From assembly GCA_951406725.2 (NCBI GenBank), contig OX597823.1, forward strand, positions 68,882,001 through 68,946,000: 64,000 nt of DNA, in the 5' to 3' direction. Below, one piece after another: positions 13,938 to 26,040 of the stretch (position 1 is its first letter; the number at the start of each line of letters is the position of its first letter). Origin of the DNA: Octopus vulgaris (lineage: Eukaryota). The notes beneath the pieces were generated by a model. It saw only the letters and a program-made list of their open reading frames with translations. It made no database searches and was not told the origin of the DNA. The position numbers were made by a program, and so were the translations under genes.

Positions 13938-14507
13938 ACAAATGTGTGTGTTTGGGACTGAATTTGAGCATATTTTATGTCTCATTTTTTGGGTAGAGAA
14001 CGGCTTGAAGTATTGGTGAACAGTCAATAGCATTAGAAAGCATAAAGATTAAAGTTGTAGTTAAGAAAAAGTTAGTAGACATGAGACCTTCTAAGCATTG
14101 GTAAAGAGTTATCTGTGTCATGATGATTCATGCCGGATATCAGAATACCAACATCATAACTGCTGCTCAATGCTCTGTGAACAGTGTAAATGCTGTAAGA
14201 TATGACACAGACAGGTGCTACTGAGATTACAAAGCTGTGGCCAGCAGGAAGGGTCACAGCAGGCATTTTGGCTCTGTCCACTAGCTAGAATTAATTCATC
14301 CTTACATCTTTGAACATAGCATTAGGCTCAGTTTCAATGGCTATGTGATGCTGCATATACCAGGTTCTGGAGCTGTTTTGAAGTCACAGTGAAAGCTGAG
14401 GGTGGCTATTTTGATTAAGCTGTTATCTCCCAGACATAATCTTGTTGATACTGTTTGATTTTTAAAAAAATACTTTAATTTTAGATCGGATATATTTTCA
14501 TTCCCTT

Positions 14508-14700
<193 letters not shown>

Positions 14701-14784
14701 AACATCCTCCTTCCATACTAGCATGGGTTGGATAGTTTGACAGGAATTGGCAAGTCAGAAGTATGTACCAAGCCCTACTGCCTC

Positions 14785-15610
14785 TTATGTGTTAATAGCT
14801 TGCACTGGGTAGACAGCAGGGAATTTCTAAGGCCCTTTCATTCCATGTTTAGTTTCCATATCTGAAAATTCCTCTCTAATTCAACTAAAAATCCAGCTGT
14901 AAGAATAATAAGGTCATCAGCACAGAAGAGCTCCCCTAGGTAGCCAGTTTTAAATTTCTCTGTTATGGCCTGCAGGAATATGATAAACAAGAAGGGACTA
15001 AGAACCGATCCTTGATGAACTCTTACCTGCACACTAAATTCAGTGCTAACCTCATTGCTGACTTTCACCTTACAGCCAGTATCCCTGTAGATGGTTTGGA
15101 CAGCTCTCACCAGTCACTCGTCTAGCCCTTGCTTCTACAGTGACCACCAGATGAAGGAGTGGTTGACCCTGATAAAGACCTTCTCCATGCTGACAAATGT
15201 CAAGTACAGCAGATTATTCCTGGCAAAATGCTTCTCCTGAATTTGCTTTACTAGGAAGATAATATCAGTAGTGCTTCTTCTAGGCACAAAACCAAATTGC
15301 ACCTCATCTAGGTTAGATCTCTTCCTAATTAGCTGAGTTATGGCTCTTTCTGTAACTTTCATGACCAGGTCTGGCAATTTGATACCTTCGTAATCACTTG
15401 TGACTAAGGCGTCTCTTTTAGCTTTGTAGCAGTTGACAATAATGCTGCTACACCAATCATTGAGAATGATCTCTTCTTGGTTAACCTGATTAATGATATG
15501 TGTGACTCTAGGCCATGTCCCAATCCACTAGATATAATTTAAGCAGGTGATAATTCGTGATGTATCAGGGGCTTTCTCTGATTTCATAGTTTTAACTGCA
15601 TAGCAACAGT
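14785..15610 (-). pseudogene. RTE-clade LINE reverse transcriptase fragment (degenerate)
   Basis: QFGFVPRRSTTDIIF...SMEKVF.RV; VHQGSVLSPFLF; LFCADDL (RT motifs), with stops and frameshifts. Confidence 0.9.
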
Positions 15611-17066
15611 TATAATATTGATTTGAAATACAAGCCTATTTCATGTCCTCTTTCCAGGTTGAAGTTTCCACACATTGGGTGGTGGAGGACATTGCTAACC
15701 CAGCTGCATCAGGCACCTAATTTCATTCACATTTCATTTTTAGCTTGGTTTCTATGGCTCAATACTTTTCCAAACATCAAACACTTTAAAAGTGTAGAAT
15801 GTTCTTTTTCATAGCTCCAGCACTAGAGAGGTTTTGAGTTATTGACAATATTAAAAGATCTTCACAACCTCACTATTTACAGAGTACACTGGGTGCATTT
15901 TAATGATGCATGTCCTCAGTATGACTAAGGAAACCTCGCTGTTCTCTGTCTTTGCTCACTTGCCAGCTTCTTTGCAAGGTAGTAGGAAGCTTGAGTAATA
16001 GAGACATGAATTATAATGATGAGAGGATTGAGTGATAAGGTATGGAAAGTGGAATGTATATTCAAGGTAGCACAAGAGGTAGCACAATAACAGAAATCTA
16101 GAGTGAATGGAAGAGAAAGAGCAGGAATCCACTGTTAGAGTGACATGAAATAATGAAAGGTAGTATCAGGAAAGGAAGGAAAGATAGAATGGCCTAGGCA
16201 CAAATGATCCAAAGTAACTAACTATCTATAGGCAACTAGACAGGAATGAATATATATATATAAATTATTCAAATGTCAACAGTTTTGCAGAAAGCACCAA
16301 GTATTATAACAACTTGCATGCAATAATGTTGTTCGAAGATAAATAATCCTTAGAGCTCACCAAGCTTTTAATTTTGTCATTTTCTTCCCATAAAAGAGCA
16401 GAATTTGAAAATCAAGAGTTATTATCAATAGACGTAGGGTTAAAGTGAAGCATATAATATTTTGTTTTCTATATATCTTGGGTCAAAAAATGAAATTGTT
16501 ATATATTGATTCTGCTTATTTTTTCAGTTTTTTTCATCAGATGCAAAAATTTCTATTAACTGTCCATTGTGGTTATTAATTATTTTTTTCTGCTTACGCA
16601 GCAGTTTAATTTTAAAATATATTCTAGATAGGTGAAAAGAAGAGGTAGCCTCTTACCATAATTGCAAGAATTGATAATATTTTTTATGATTTAATAAGAA
16701 TTTAAATCCTGCCAAGGCTAAATTGACTTTCATCCTTACAAGGTCAATAAAATGAACACCACTTCTTGAATACCATAGTTGATTTAATCATGTATAACAC
16801 TAACCCTAAACTATGTTACCCTGTACTTATATTAAAAATCAATATTATAATTATTACTATGAAGAATATAGGTAGAGTCTTATCTACTAATATTGTAACA
16901 CTTCATAGTGACACAAGAGTTTGTTATGATGAACTGAATGGAATTAGCAGAATGCATCTTTGATATATATGTATGATTGACATATATTGAAACAAATCTA
17001 ACTTAAAAAGGTAACACTTCAGGTCAGAATTTTGTTCTTGAAAAACCAGATTTTTAAAAATCTGCT

Positions 17067-17126
17067 GGATCTCACTCATAAGGGGATCTCACTCATAAGG
17101 GGATCTCACTCATAAGGGGATCTCAC
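17067..17126. repeat. 17-bp perfect tandem repeat (ggatctcactcataagg) x3.5
   Basis: Directly visible. Confidence 0.95.
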
Positions 17127-17350
17127 ATTGCTTATAAACTCTATATTTGGAAGGACTCCTTTTAAACTCTGTTGGACTTTTGGACTTTACTCATAGGATA
17201 TTGGAATATTGCATATATACCATTATGTGTAAAAAATGGATTTACAACTTCAATACCCATACATATCTTGCATCTATTTTCTTTCCTCCACCTCACTCTC
17301 TATTTTGTATCACATCTAAACTTACTATGACTTAACTATCCTCTCACACC

Positions 17351-17402
17351 GTCTCCAATGAAGGAATATAATTAATAAATATCCTAGAAACAGCTGTAAG
17401 AC
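17351..17402 (+). ncRNA. Decayed type-I hammerhead ribozyme motif (PLE pLTR-type)
   Basis: Stem I gtct/agac, core ccaatga (mutated CUGANGA), stem II aggaatat/atatcct, then GAAAC-agct-GTA with palindromic loop III. Confidence 0.55.
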
Positions 17403-17559
17403 CTTCTATCTATAAATGCTCTATCTACACAGCCTTGGATTTTATCTTATTATGCAAAAAATAGGCTATGTGCAAATGATGAACGTGTTTTCGAGGGAGA
17501 TAATCAAAGAACATAACATTGTAATACTTCATGTAAAATAAATATTCCTTCAAGAATCC

Positions 17560-17738
17560 ATAAAAATACCTAGATCACTACCAAAATTTCATCTTCTGTT
17601 CCTTGTGTCATTACCAACTTTTCCTGCAAGTTTCATCAAATACCGTTCACAACTTTTTGAGTTATTTTGCACACAGACAGACAGTCGGACAAACCAATGC
17701 AGATGAAAACATAACCTCCTTCCTTGGCAGAGGTAATA
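17560..17738. mobile_element. Helentron/DINE-1-like non-autonomous element end
   Basis: aagtttcatcaaa...(acag)n...gaaaacataacctcc..ttggcagaggtaa terminal hairpin typical of Helentron-associated elements. Confidence 0.6.
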
Positions 17739-18917
17739 AGTGACTGATTATAAAAATATGTACTGGGTAGATTTGATTGGTTAAAACTCTTCAAAGGAGT
17801 GCCTAAGGATGGCCACATTCCAATAGCTGAAACAAGTAAAAGAATAAAAGTAAAAATAATTATTTGGAAACAGCATGTATGTAGAATCTGCTCTATGTTT
17901 TGTTAGCGGAATTGTTTATTAAAGTTATGTAAAATGTCTTTCACGTTTTCATTAGTAAGTAATAAACTTTGCTTCATTCATTTTTACCTTATGTTGTCAT
18001 GTCTAGGAAAATATCCTATTGTTTTCCTTCTCATAATTTAATATTTCTGAAGAATGTAATATTTTGTTTTAAAATATGCATTTGATTGAGAAACGGAATT
18101 GCATATTTTTCTTTCAAACTGTAAGTTTTACTGTTGAAGTTTGATACCTGAAAGAATTGATGGTACTTATAAAGAAAAGATATTTATAATTTGTGAGGAA
18201 ATACTTTGATATTTTATCTTATTTGTTTATACTTCAGAATTCCATAACTGAAAATGGAATTCAATTTCCAAAGTAAACATAAAACGACTGTTTCCATCTC
18301 TTTAAGTAATTTTGGGGTTGGTATCCTTGGAAACTTTTTAGAAGCATTTCATCATAAAAACTAGCTTATTCTTTATTTATGTGTATCTGAATAGTGTTTG
18401 AAAAATGATATTTTTAAAGACCATTCATCTTTTATGACAAGTCTAGAGCTTGCAATAAAATATTCTTTGGAAAAAAAACCAACCAAATCATATTTGGCCT
18501 TGAATTGTCAGCATTCTCTCAGTAATCGCTTTTTCATAAGTTTCTTCAAAAATATCCTGATCTTTTTATTTATTTATCATCTAGAGGTTTTCTTAAATTA
18601 CGATTGTATATTTATAAGACTGTATTCAGAAAATGTGTTTGGTTCATAATCAATAGGTCGTAGGTTCAATTTCTGGACCATGTGCTGCATTGTGTCCTGG
18701 AGACACTTCATTTCACATTGATCCAGTCTATTCAGCTTTAATGAGTTCCAGTTAGATGCAGGTGCAGCCCTCTTTCCTTCCGTCTGTTACATCTTTCGTG
18801 TTCCTTTGACTCAAGGCAGTGGATGATGAGAGTGTCTTTGCCTGTGTCTGCGTTAACCCCTACATAATTATCAAAAGTATGATGCATATTATCAAAAAGT
18901 ATGCATGTGTGTGTATG

Positions 18918-18948
<31 letters not shown>

Positions 18949-18962
18949 GTCAGTGTGCACAC

Positions 18963-19670
18963 ACGACAGTGTAAACGCCCTGAGAGAAATGCTGGACATA
19001 AGAAGCATTGGATGTGGCGTGCAAGAGAGACGTTTGCGCTGGTATGGTCATGTACTACAAATGGATGAGGAGAGATGTGTGAAGAAGTGCCACTCCCAAA
19101 CAGTTGAAGGAATCCGGGGTAGAGGTAGACTCAGGAAGAGATGGGATGAGGTGGTCAAGCATGACCTTCGAACGTTGGGCCTCACAGAGGCAATGATGAA
19201 AGATTGAGATCTGTGGAGATATGCTGTCACTGCGAAGACCTGACAAATAACGTGAGTTTATGGCTGTTTCCTGCAACAGCTTCACGTAGCAGCCCCAGTC
19301 CATTCCAAAAGTACCTTGGATCACAGAGTGGCCTGCTGTGCTTACCTTGGATCGTAGAGCAACCTGCTGTGCTTAAAGAGACCTATTGAGTCAAGTACAT
19401 CAACATCAAAATAAAAATCAAATGGAAACTGTAGTTGTGATACCTGTGCTGGTGGCACGTAAAAAGCTTCCCCTGGCACCTGTGCTGGTGGCATGTAAAA
19501 AGCACCCACTACATTCATGGGGTGGTTGGCTTTAGGAAGGGCATCCAGCTGTAGAAACACTGCCAGATCAGACTGGATCCTGGTGCAGCCTCCTGGCTTC
19601 CCAGACCCTGGTCAAACCATTCAACCCATGCTAGCTTGGAAAACGGATGTTAAATGATGATGATGATGAT
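18963..19670 (+). mobile_element. RTE LINE 3' end (ORF2 C-terminus, 3' UTR, (GAT)n)
   Basis: ERRLRWYGHVLQM...GRGRLRKRWDEVVKHDL is the canonical RTE C-terminus. Confidence 0.9.
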
Positions 19671-19834
19671 ATATACATACACACACACAGACAGACACAC
19701 ATACGCATACAAACACACACACACACAGACAGACAGACACACACACACACACACACACACATGTAAATCTGTTAAAATGCTGAGTCTGTCAATGATCAAT
19801 CAATTCATTGCGATGTGATTCCTTTTTATATCGA

Positions 19835-19937
19835 TTTCTAACCCTGATGAAATTTTCAGTTAACTATATTTAAATGCATCTTAGTTTAATTTTATTATTT
19901 GAATTAATTGAGTATGGAAACAACTGTAGGTTGTAAA
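19835..19937 (+). ncRNA. Type-I hammerhead ribozyme candidate with long stem II
   Basis: Stem I tttctaacc/ggttgtaaa; CTGATGA 19844-19850; stem II tcagttaa/ttaattga; GAAAC-aact-GTA 19917-19928. Confidence 0.62.
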
Positions 19938-20005
19938 GAATTGAGCTTATTTGTAATTGGAGTTCCATTAACGAATTGATGTCCATCTGTCGATTTCTCC
20001 ATTTA

Positions 20006-20054
<49 letters not shown>

Positions 20055-20260
20055 GAAGGGGTGCTGAAAAATTCCAGGTTTTAAGGGTGTCATGAAAGGC
20101 CTGGCTGGAAGCTCATCTTTTCAAGTTCTTTTACAGAGCTTAGAAAAACTGAAGGACTACTGCAATAAATGTGCGAATCTGAGTGGGGAATAAAATCATA
20201 ATTAATTAATCTTCTTGTATTTTTTTTTACCCAAAGTCAGGAAATTTTCAGTACCCCATC
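20055..20260 (+). mobile_element. Mariner-derived MITE (~200 bp)
   Basis: TIRs ggggtgctgaaaaattcc / ggaaattttcagtacccc; interior encodes a remnant of the mariner C-terminus (LEKLKDYCNKCANLSGE). Confidence 0.78.
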
Positions 20261-20319
20261 ATGTGTGCATGTGTGTATTAGACAGGGTCCCCTGCTCCCT
20301 TATTTGGTGGTCAGTGTGG

Positions 20320-21047
20320 AAGCTGGGATTGATGAGTGGTTAATGAGAGCAGTACAAGCCATGTACAGGGATGCTGCAAGTAAGGTGAAGGTTGGTAACG
20401 AGTACTGCAATGAATTCAGTGTACAAGTAAGAATTCATCAAGGTTCGGTTCTCAGCCACCTCTTATTTATCTTAGTCCTCTAGGCCTTAAAGGAATTCAA
20501 GACTGGCTACCCCTGGGAGCTCCTCTATGTTGATGACCTTGCTTTTGTAGCTGAATCGATACCTGACCTAGGAAAGAAATTTCAGGTGTGGAAACAAGGC
20601 CTGGAATCTAAGGGCCTTAGTGTTAGTTTAGCAAAAACCAAAGTTCTTGTAAGTAGGAAAACAAACATATCACAAGTGTCTTCTGGGAGATGGCCCTGCT
20701 TGCTATGTAAGAAGGATGTTGGTAGAAACTCCATATATTGTACCTAGTGCAAGCTTTGGGCACATAAGAAGTGTAGTGGTATCACAGAAAAGTTAATGGA
20801 AAATATAGTCTTTGTGTTTGGCAAATGTGCAGGTACAATAAGCACTAAAATTGTGCAGACAACACACTCCCTCAAATGCTTAGGTGACAAAATTAGCAGT
20901 AGTAGAGGGAGTTCTGAAAGTGTAGTTGCTAGAATAAGAAATTTCACAGAACTTCTACCATTGTTGGTAACTAAGGGCCTCTCCCTCAGAGTGAAAGGCA
21001 GGTTGTACATACAGCAGCACATACATGGCAGTAAAACATGTGCTATA
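20320..21047 (+). pseudogene. RTE-clade LINE RT fragment with downstream PHD-like finger
   Basis: HQGSVLS, LLYVDDL, KTKV, then a CxxC..CxxCxxxxHxxC..xxxC segment and LSLRVKGRLY; homologous to 14785-15130. Confidence 0.88.
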
Positions 21048-21048
21048 A

Positions 21049-21116
<68 letters not shown>

Positions 21117-22199
21117 TTGTGTTTGTGTGTGTGTGTATGTATATTTAGGAAAAGAACATCTGAACATAACTGAATAGTAGAAAGATCAGAAGCTTTCATA
21201 TTGTATAGGGATATAAAAGATGGATTAAACATCTGGAAAATAAAATTGTCATTATTTTAGATTTAACTCATGTCAGAAAACTAAATACAATAATATATAC
21301 AGTTTGTTGTAAGACTTTAAAGAAAGAGATATAAATCAGTAATATTTTAAACAATGTTGAGAAGAATCAATTTAAATCTCCTATATTTGAGAAGTGGACA
21401 AGTTATGTTAAATCTTGAGGTCACCTTCAATCAGTGCATTAGCAAAGTTAACCAGGATGTCATCCATAAAACTGATGCAACTAAAATGTGATTCAAGCTT
21501 GTGTATGTGAGATACTTGGAAATATGTAAAGAAAATGGAATGAGAGAGAGATGTGAAGAGAAAGGAAACCGAGGGGGATGATGTGAAAGTAAATGTAGCT
21601 ATGAAAGAAGGTTTCAGGTATATCTTATATTCAGAAGAAAAGCTTGCAATATCTCAGAGTAGATCCTGTAGTTTCTGCATGGAACAGAGTATGACCAATA
21701 TTTATTTCACCTTCCTATTTTACAGAATCTAACTTCTGTAATAATCATTGTGAATGGCTGCACTATATTATTAAACAATATCAATTCATCTTAAGTTAAA
21801 TACAATGAGTATTCAATTACGAAACCTAAGCAGAATAGCAGAGTTTAGATTAAATGTTTTGAGCCTTATTTCTCTCAGTCTTCTATGTCATAAGGACAAA
21901 CTATAAAATCTTATATTAGGAAGTCTCTACTTCTTTGATATATAACTTGGTGCTTACATTATTAAATATTATATGCTAATATGGATGTTTTCCCCTGCCT
22001 CTCTGAGATAAGCTATCAGTTAATTTGATATATATATTCTATATACTACTAAAACTCAGTGATTGCTCGCTTGCCGGCATGCTTGTCTGTAATTTAATAC
22101 AGCCCTTCATGTTTTTTTTACCTTACTGTTGATCCTATGTTATTGGATCTAGCCATTTCTGGCATCCTACTCATTGATGTGCCTAGATTCTAACGAATC

Positions 22200-22230
22200 C
22201 TATACATACATACATACATACATACATACA

Positions 22231-22311
<81 letters not shown>

Positions 22312-22331
22312 GTATGTATATATACATACAG

Positions 22332-22362
<31 letters not shown>

Positions 22363-22390
22363 TATGTGTATATGTATATATATATATATG

Positions 22391-22424
<34 letters not shown>

Positions 22425-22432
22425 TATATATG

Positions 22433-22503
<71 letters not shown>
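22200..22503. repeat. (ATAC)n/(TA)n/(TATG)n microsatellite block
   Basis: Directly visible. Confidence 0.95.
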
Positions 22504-22510
<7 letters not shown>

Positions 22511-22677
22511 TATTAGAGACAAAACCACTATTTTGCAAAACAAACAAGGAAAGACTTAATCAATACATAAAATTTTAATAAATAGTTTTTGACTATTTAT
22601 TAAAATTTTATGTATTGATTAAGTCTTTCCTTGTTTGTTTTGCAAAATAGTGGTTTTGTCTCTAATAATATTTTATA
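22501..22677. repeat. Perfect 86-bp-arm inverted repeat (5-nt spacer) adjoining (TA)n
   Basis: 22501-22586 is the reverse complement of 22592-22677. Confidence 0.92.
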
Positions 22678-22840
22678 ATATTTTACTATAAAATTGGATT
22701 TAATCCTAAATCTGATTTTTTTCCCTGTAAATTTGGATTTATTCCCTAATATTTATTATTATATATATATATATATATATATAACCCATGCTAGCATGGA
22801 AAGCGGACGTTAAATGATGATGATATATATATAGTTATAT

Positions 22841-23120
22841 GTGAAGACGTGTTGAGGCAAGTGAGGATCAGAATCGAAATCGATCAATGGAAATTGCGGA
22901 TGTGTTACCAGTGCCGGTGGCATGTCGAAACTCTACTTGTGAAGACCCGTTGAGGCAAGTGAGGATCAGAATCGAAATCGATCAATGGAAATCGATCAAT
23001 GGAAATTGCAGATGTGTTACCAGTGCCAGCACCGCCCTGTTTCATGTCTGTTGCCAGCCTCGCCTGGCCCTCGTGCCGGTGGCACATAAAAAGCACCATC
23101 CGTTCGTGGCCGTTTGCCAG
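22841..23120 (+). mobile_element. RTE 3' UTR variant with tandem ~75-bp duplication
   Basis: gtgaagac..ttgaggcaagtgaggatcagaatcgaaatcgatcaatgg occurs twice, then gtgccggtggcacataaaaagcacc. Confidence 0.65.
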
Positions 23121-23124
23121 CTCC

Positions 23125-23464
23125 GTATCAACAGAACAGCCTGCTCGTGAAATTAACGTGTAAGTGGCTGAGCACTCCACAGACACGTGTACTCTTAACG
23201 TAGTTCTCGGGGATATTCAGCGTGACACAGAGAGTGACAAGGCTGGCCCTTTGAAATACAGGTACAACAGAAACAGGAAGTAAGAGTGAGAGAAAGTTGT
23301 AGTGAAAGAGTACAGCAGGGATCACCACCATCCCCTGCCAGAGCTTCGTGGAGCTTTAGGTGTTTTCGCTCAATAAACACTCACAACGCCCGGTCTGGGA
23401 ATCGAAACTGTGATCCTATGACCGTGAGTCCGCTGCCTTAACCACTGGGCCATTGCACCTCCAC
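23125..23464 (-). mobile_element. tRNA-derived SINE (family C-type head), well preserved
   Basis: Minus strand gtggaggtgcaatggcccagtggttaaggcagcggactc...gtttcgattccc (A and B boxes). Confidence 0.82.
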
Positions 23465-23607
23465 GCAAAACCATTAGTCACTTTATGACTGGACATTTAT
23501 TTAGCTTCATGTAAATATATTACTGCTTTAATTTTTAGTGTGGTTCTTTTTTGGATATATGATCCACTGACGATATGAATATGTATGTATGTATATATAT
23601 ATGTATA

Positions 23608-24430
23608 TAGTTGGAATTTACAAAAGACAAAGACGAGTGTGTAAACAACAAACAGATATATTACTTTAATGCTTGGGAAGTGAGAAAGTATTTTATGTTT
23701 TAAGCCTACACTCTTCAACAGGAAGGAACACAGAAATAAGCAGAGAGAGAAAACGAAAAAGGTTTAGTAGCTAGCAATCAATTATGGCGAATGCCAGACA
23801 GGACAGCTAGGAAGAAGGGGAGATAATATAGTGGTGGTGATCCCAAAATGAAGGTGTGTGTGTGTGTGTGTGTGTATGTGAGAGCGTGTCTGTGCATGTG
23901 GATAGGGGCTGGTGACTTTGACGTGTGCATGTGTGCATGTGTAGGTGTGTGGATCATAGTGTGGGTGCTAGTAAGTGGTTAGTGCTAGTGTGTGCAGGGT
24001 GGTGTGATGTGGTGTAGTGTGGTGGTGTGGTGGTGTTGGTGTGTGGGGAGGCAAGGGTGAGGTGTGGATTGGGGTGATGGTGGGAGTAAGGATGGGGTAT
24101 GTGGGAGTGGTGTATGGGGGTTTGGGTGGGTATGTGGGAGTGGAATATGTGGTATGGGGTGGGGGTGGGATGGGATATATAGGGATGGTAGTTTGGAATG
24201 TATATGGGTTGGGTAACAATAGAGGGGTGACGATGAAGGGAGAGGGTGGACGGGAGAAGGTGGGTAGGAGCGAGGAGAGGAAGTAGGTGTCAGAGCAAGA
24301 GAGGAGAGGAGAAGTGGGTAGGAGTGAAGGGAGGAGAGTTGGCACAAAGGAGTGAAGAGGGAAGATTAATTCCTGTTCACAGTGAAGACAGTAATCCAGA
24401 TGGCCCCTGTGCGAGGACAATCTGAACATA
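23608..24430 (-). mobile_element. Penelope-like element 3' part (ORF end, C-rich spacer, pLTR with decayed hammerhead)
   Basis: Reverse complement aligns by eye to 53013-53750; minus cctgttgaagagtgtaggcttaaaacataaaa. Confidence 0.8.
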
Positions 24431-24454
24431 CACACACACACACATTCTTTTCTT

Positions 24455-24861
24455 TTTCTTTTAATTGTTTCAGTCATTTCACTGCGGCCATGTTGGAGCA
24501 CCGCCTTTAGTCAAATCAAATCGACTCCAGGACTTATTCTTTGTAAGCCTAGTACTTATTCTATCAGTCTCTTTTGCCAAACTGCTAAGTTACGGGGACC
24601 TAAACACACCAGCATCGGTTGAAAGGGATGTTGGGGGAACAAACACAGAAACACAACATATACACACACATACACATATATATTTACATATATGCGACGT
24701 GCTCTTCTTTCAGTTTCCGTCTATCAAATCCACTCACAAGGCTTTGGTCAGCACAAAGCTATAGTAGAAGACACTTACCCAAGGTGCCATGCAGTGGGAC
24801 TGAACCCAGAACCATGTAGTTGGTAATCAAGCTACTTACCACACACCCACTGCTGCACGCC

Positions 24862-24865
<4 letters not shown>
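24455..24865 (-). mobile_element. SINE family A
   Basis: Family consensus match. Confidence 0.88.
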
Positions 24866-24892
<27 letters not shown>

Positions 24893-25117
24893 CAGCCACT
24901 CCTGCACCTATATATATATATATATATCAGCTTCTGTTTAGATAATGTGAAACTCAGATATTCTAGAGTCTTTAATGAAAGCACTCAATTATTCTTTAAA
25001 ATATCTGCTTACAGAAATACATCAATTAATATATCGATATCATGATGATGCAAGCCTGTTAATTACTTTGAAAATGAATGAAAAGATATTTGTTAATGTA
25101 CTTCTATATAATTTATT

Positions 25118-25500
25118 TAGGCACAGCTGTATGGTAAAAATTTTGCTTCCCAATCACATGGTTCCATGTTTAGTTCCACTTTGTGACGCCTTGCATTATT
25201 GTCTTCTACTATAGCTTCAGGCCAACCAAATCCTTGTGAGTGGATTTGGTAAACAGAACGTGAAAGAAGACTGTTGTAGATATAGACTATGTGAGTGTGT
25301 CTTTGTGCTTGTGTTTGTCCCTGGCCACTGCTTGACAACCAGTGTCGGTTTGTTTACATCCCTGTAATTTAGTGGTTCAGCAGATGAAACAGAATAACTA
25401 CCAGGCTTGAGAAAATAGGTACTGTGGTCAATTCTTTCGGCTAAAATCTTTCAAGGTGGTGTCCCAGCCTGGTCATATTCCTGTTGCTGAAGTAAACAAA
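25118..25500 (+). mobile_element. SINE family A (older copy)
   Basis: Family consensus match. Confidence 0.8.
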
Positions 25501-25636
25501 AGGTGAAAGGCAATTTATGGAAGAAAGTATCACTGTGCATTTTTAATGGCAAGAATGGAAAGGATGAATTTTCTGGGATACAAAGAATTTCATTTGAGGA
25601 GAGTCATTCTTTTTATTTTATTTTTTTTGCCATACA

Positions 25637-26040
25637 TAGGCGTAGGAGTGGCTTTGTGGTAAGTAACTTGCTTACCAACCACATGGTTCTGGGTTCAGTC
25701 CCACTGCATAGCACCTTGGTCAAGTGTCTTCTACTATAGCCTCAGGCCAACCAAAGCTTTGTGAGTGGATTTGGTAGGCAGAAACTGAAAGAAGCCTGTC
25801 ATATATACATATATATATATATATGTGTGTGTATTTGTGTGTTTGTGTTTCACCCCCCCAACATCGCTTGACAACTGGTGCTGGTATGCTTACGTCTCTG
25901 TAACTTAGTGGTTCGGCAAAAGAGACCAATAGAATAAGTACTAGGCTTACAAAGAATAAGTCCTGGGGTCGATTTGATTCGACTAAAGGTGGTGCTCCAG
26001 CATGACCACAGTCAAATGACTCAAACAAGTAAAGAGAGTA
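25637..26040 (+). mobile_element. SINE family A, full length
   Basis: ggcgtaggagtggc head through aagtaaagagagta tail. Confidence 0.9.

Noticed and set aside
14072-14455. Higher-complexity stretch, possible exon or old LINE
   Set aside because: No frame gives a recognisable motif; cannot be supported without a database search
22174-22578. ORFs rich in YI/CV/HT dipeptides (here and throughout the window)
   Set aside because: Translations of (TA)n, (TG)n and (ATAC)n microsatellites, not genes
23380-23464. tRNA gene
   Set aside because: The tRNA-like head continues into a SINE body and lacks a proper acceptor stem
23968-24501. 177-aa Pro/Thr/His-rich extensin-like ORF
   Set aside because: Low-complexity C-rich spacer of the Penelope element, also present at 53100-53400
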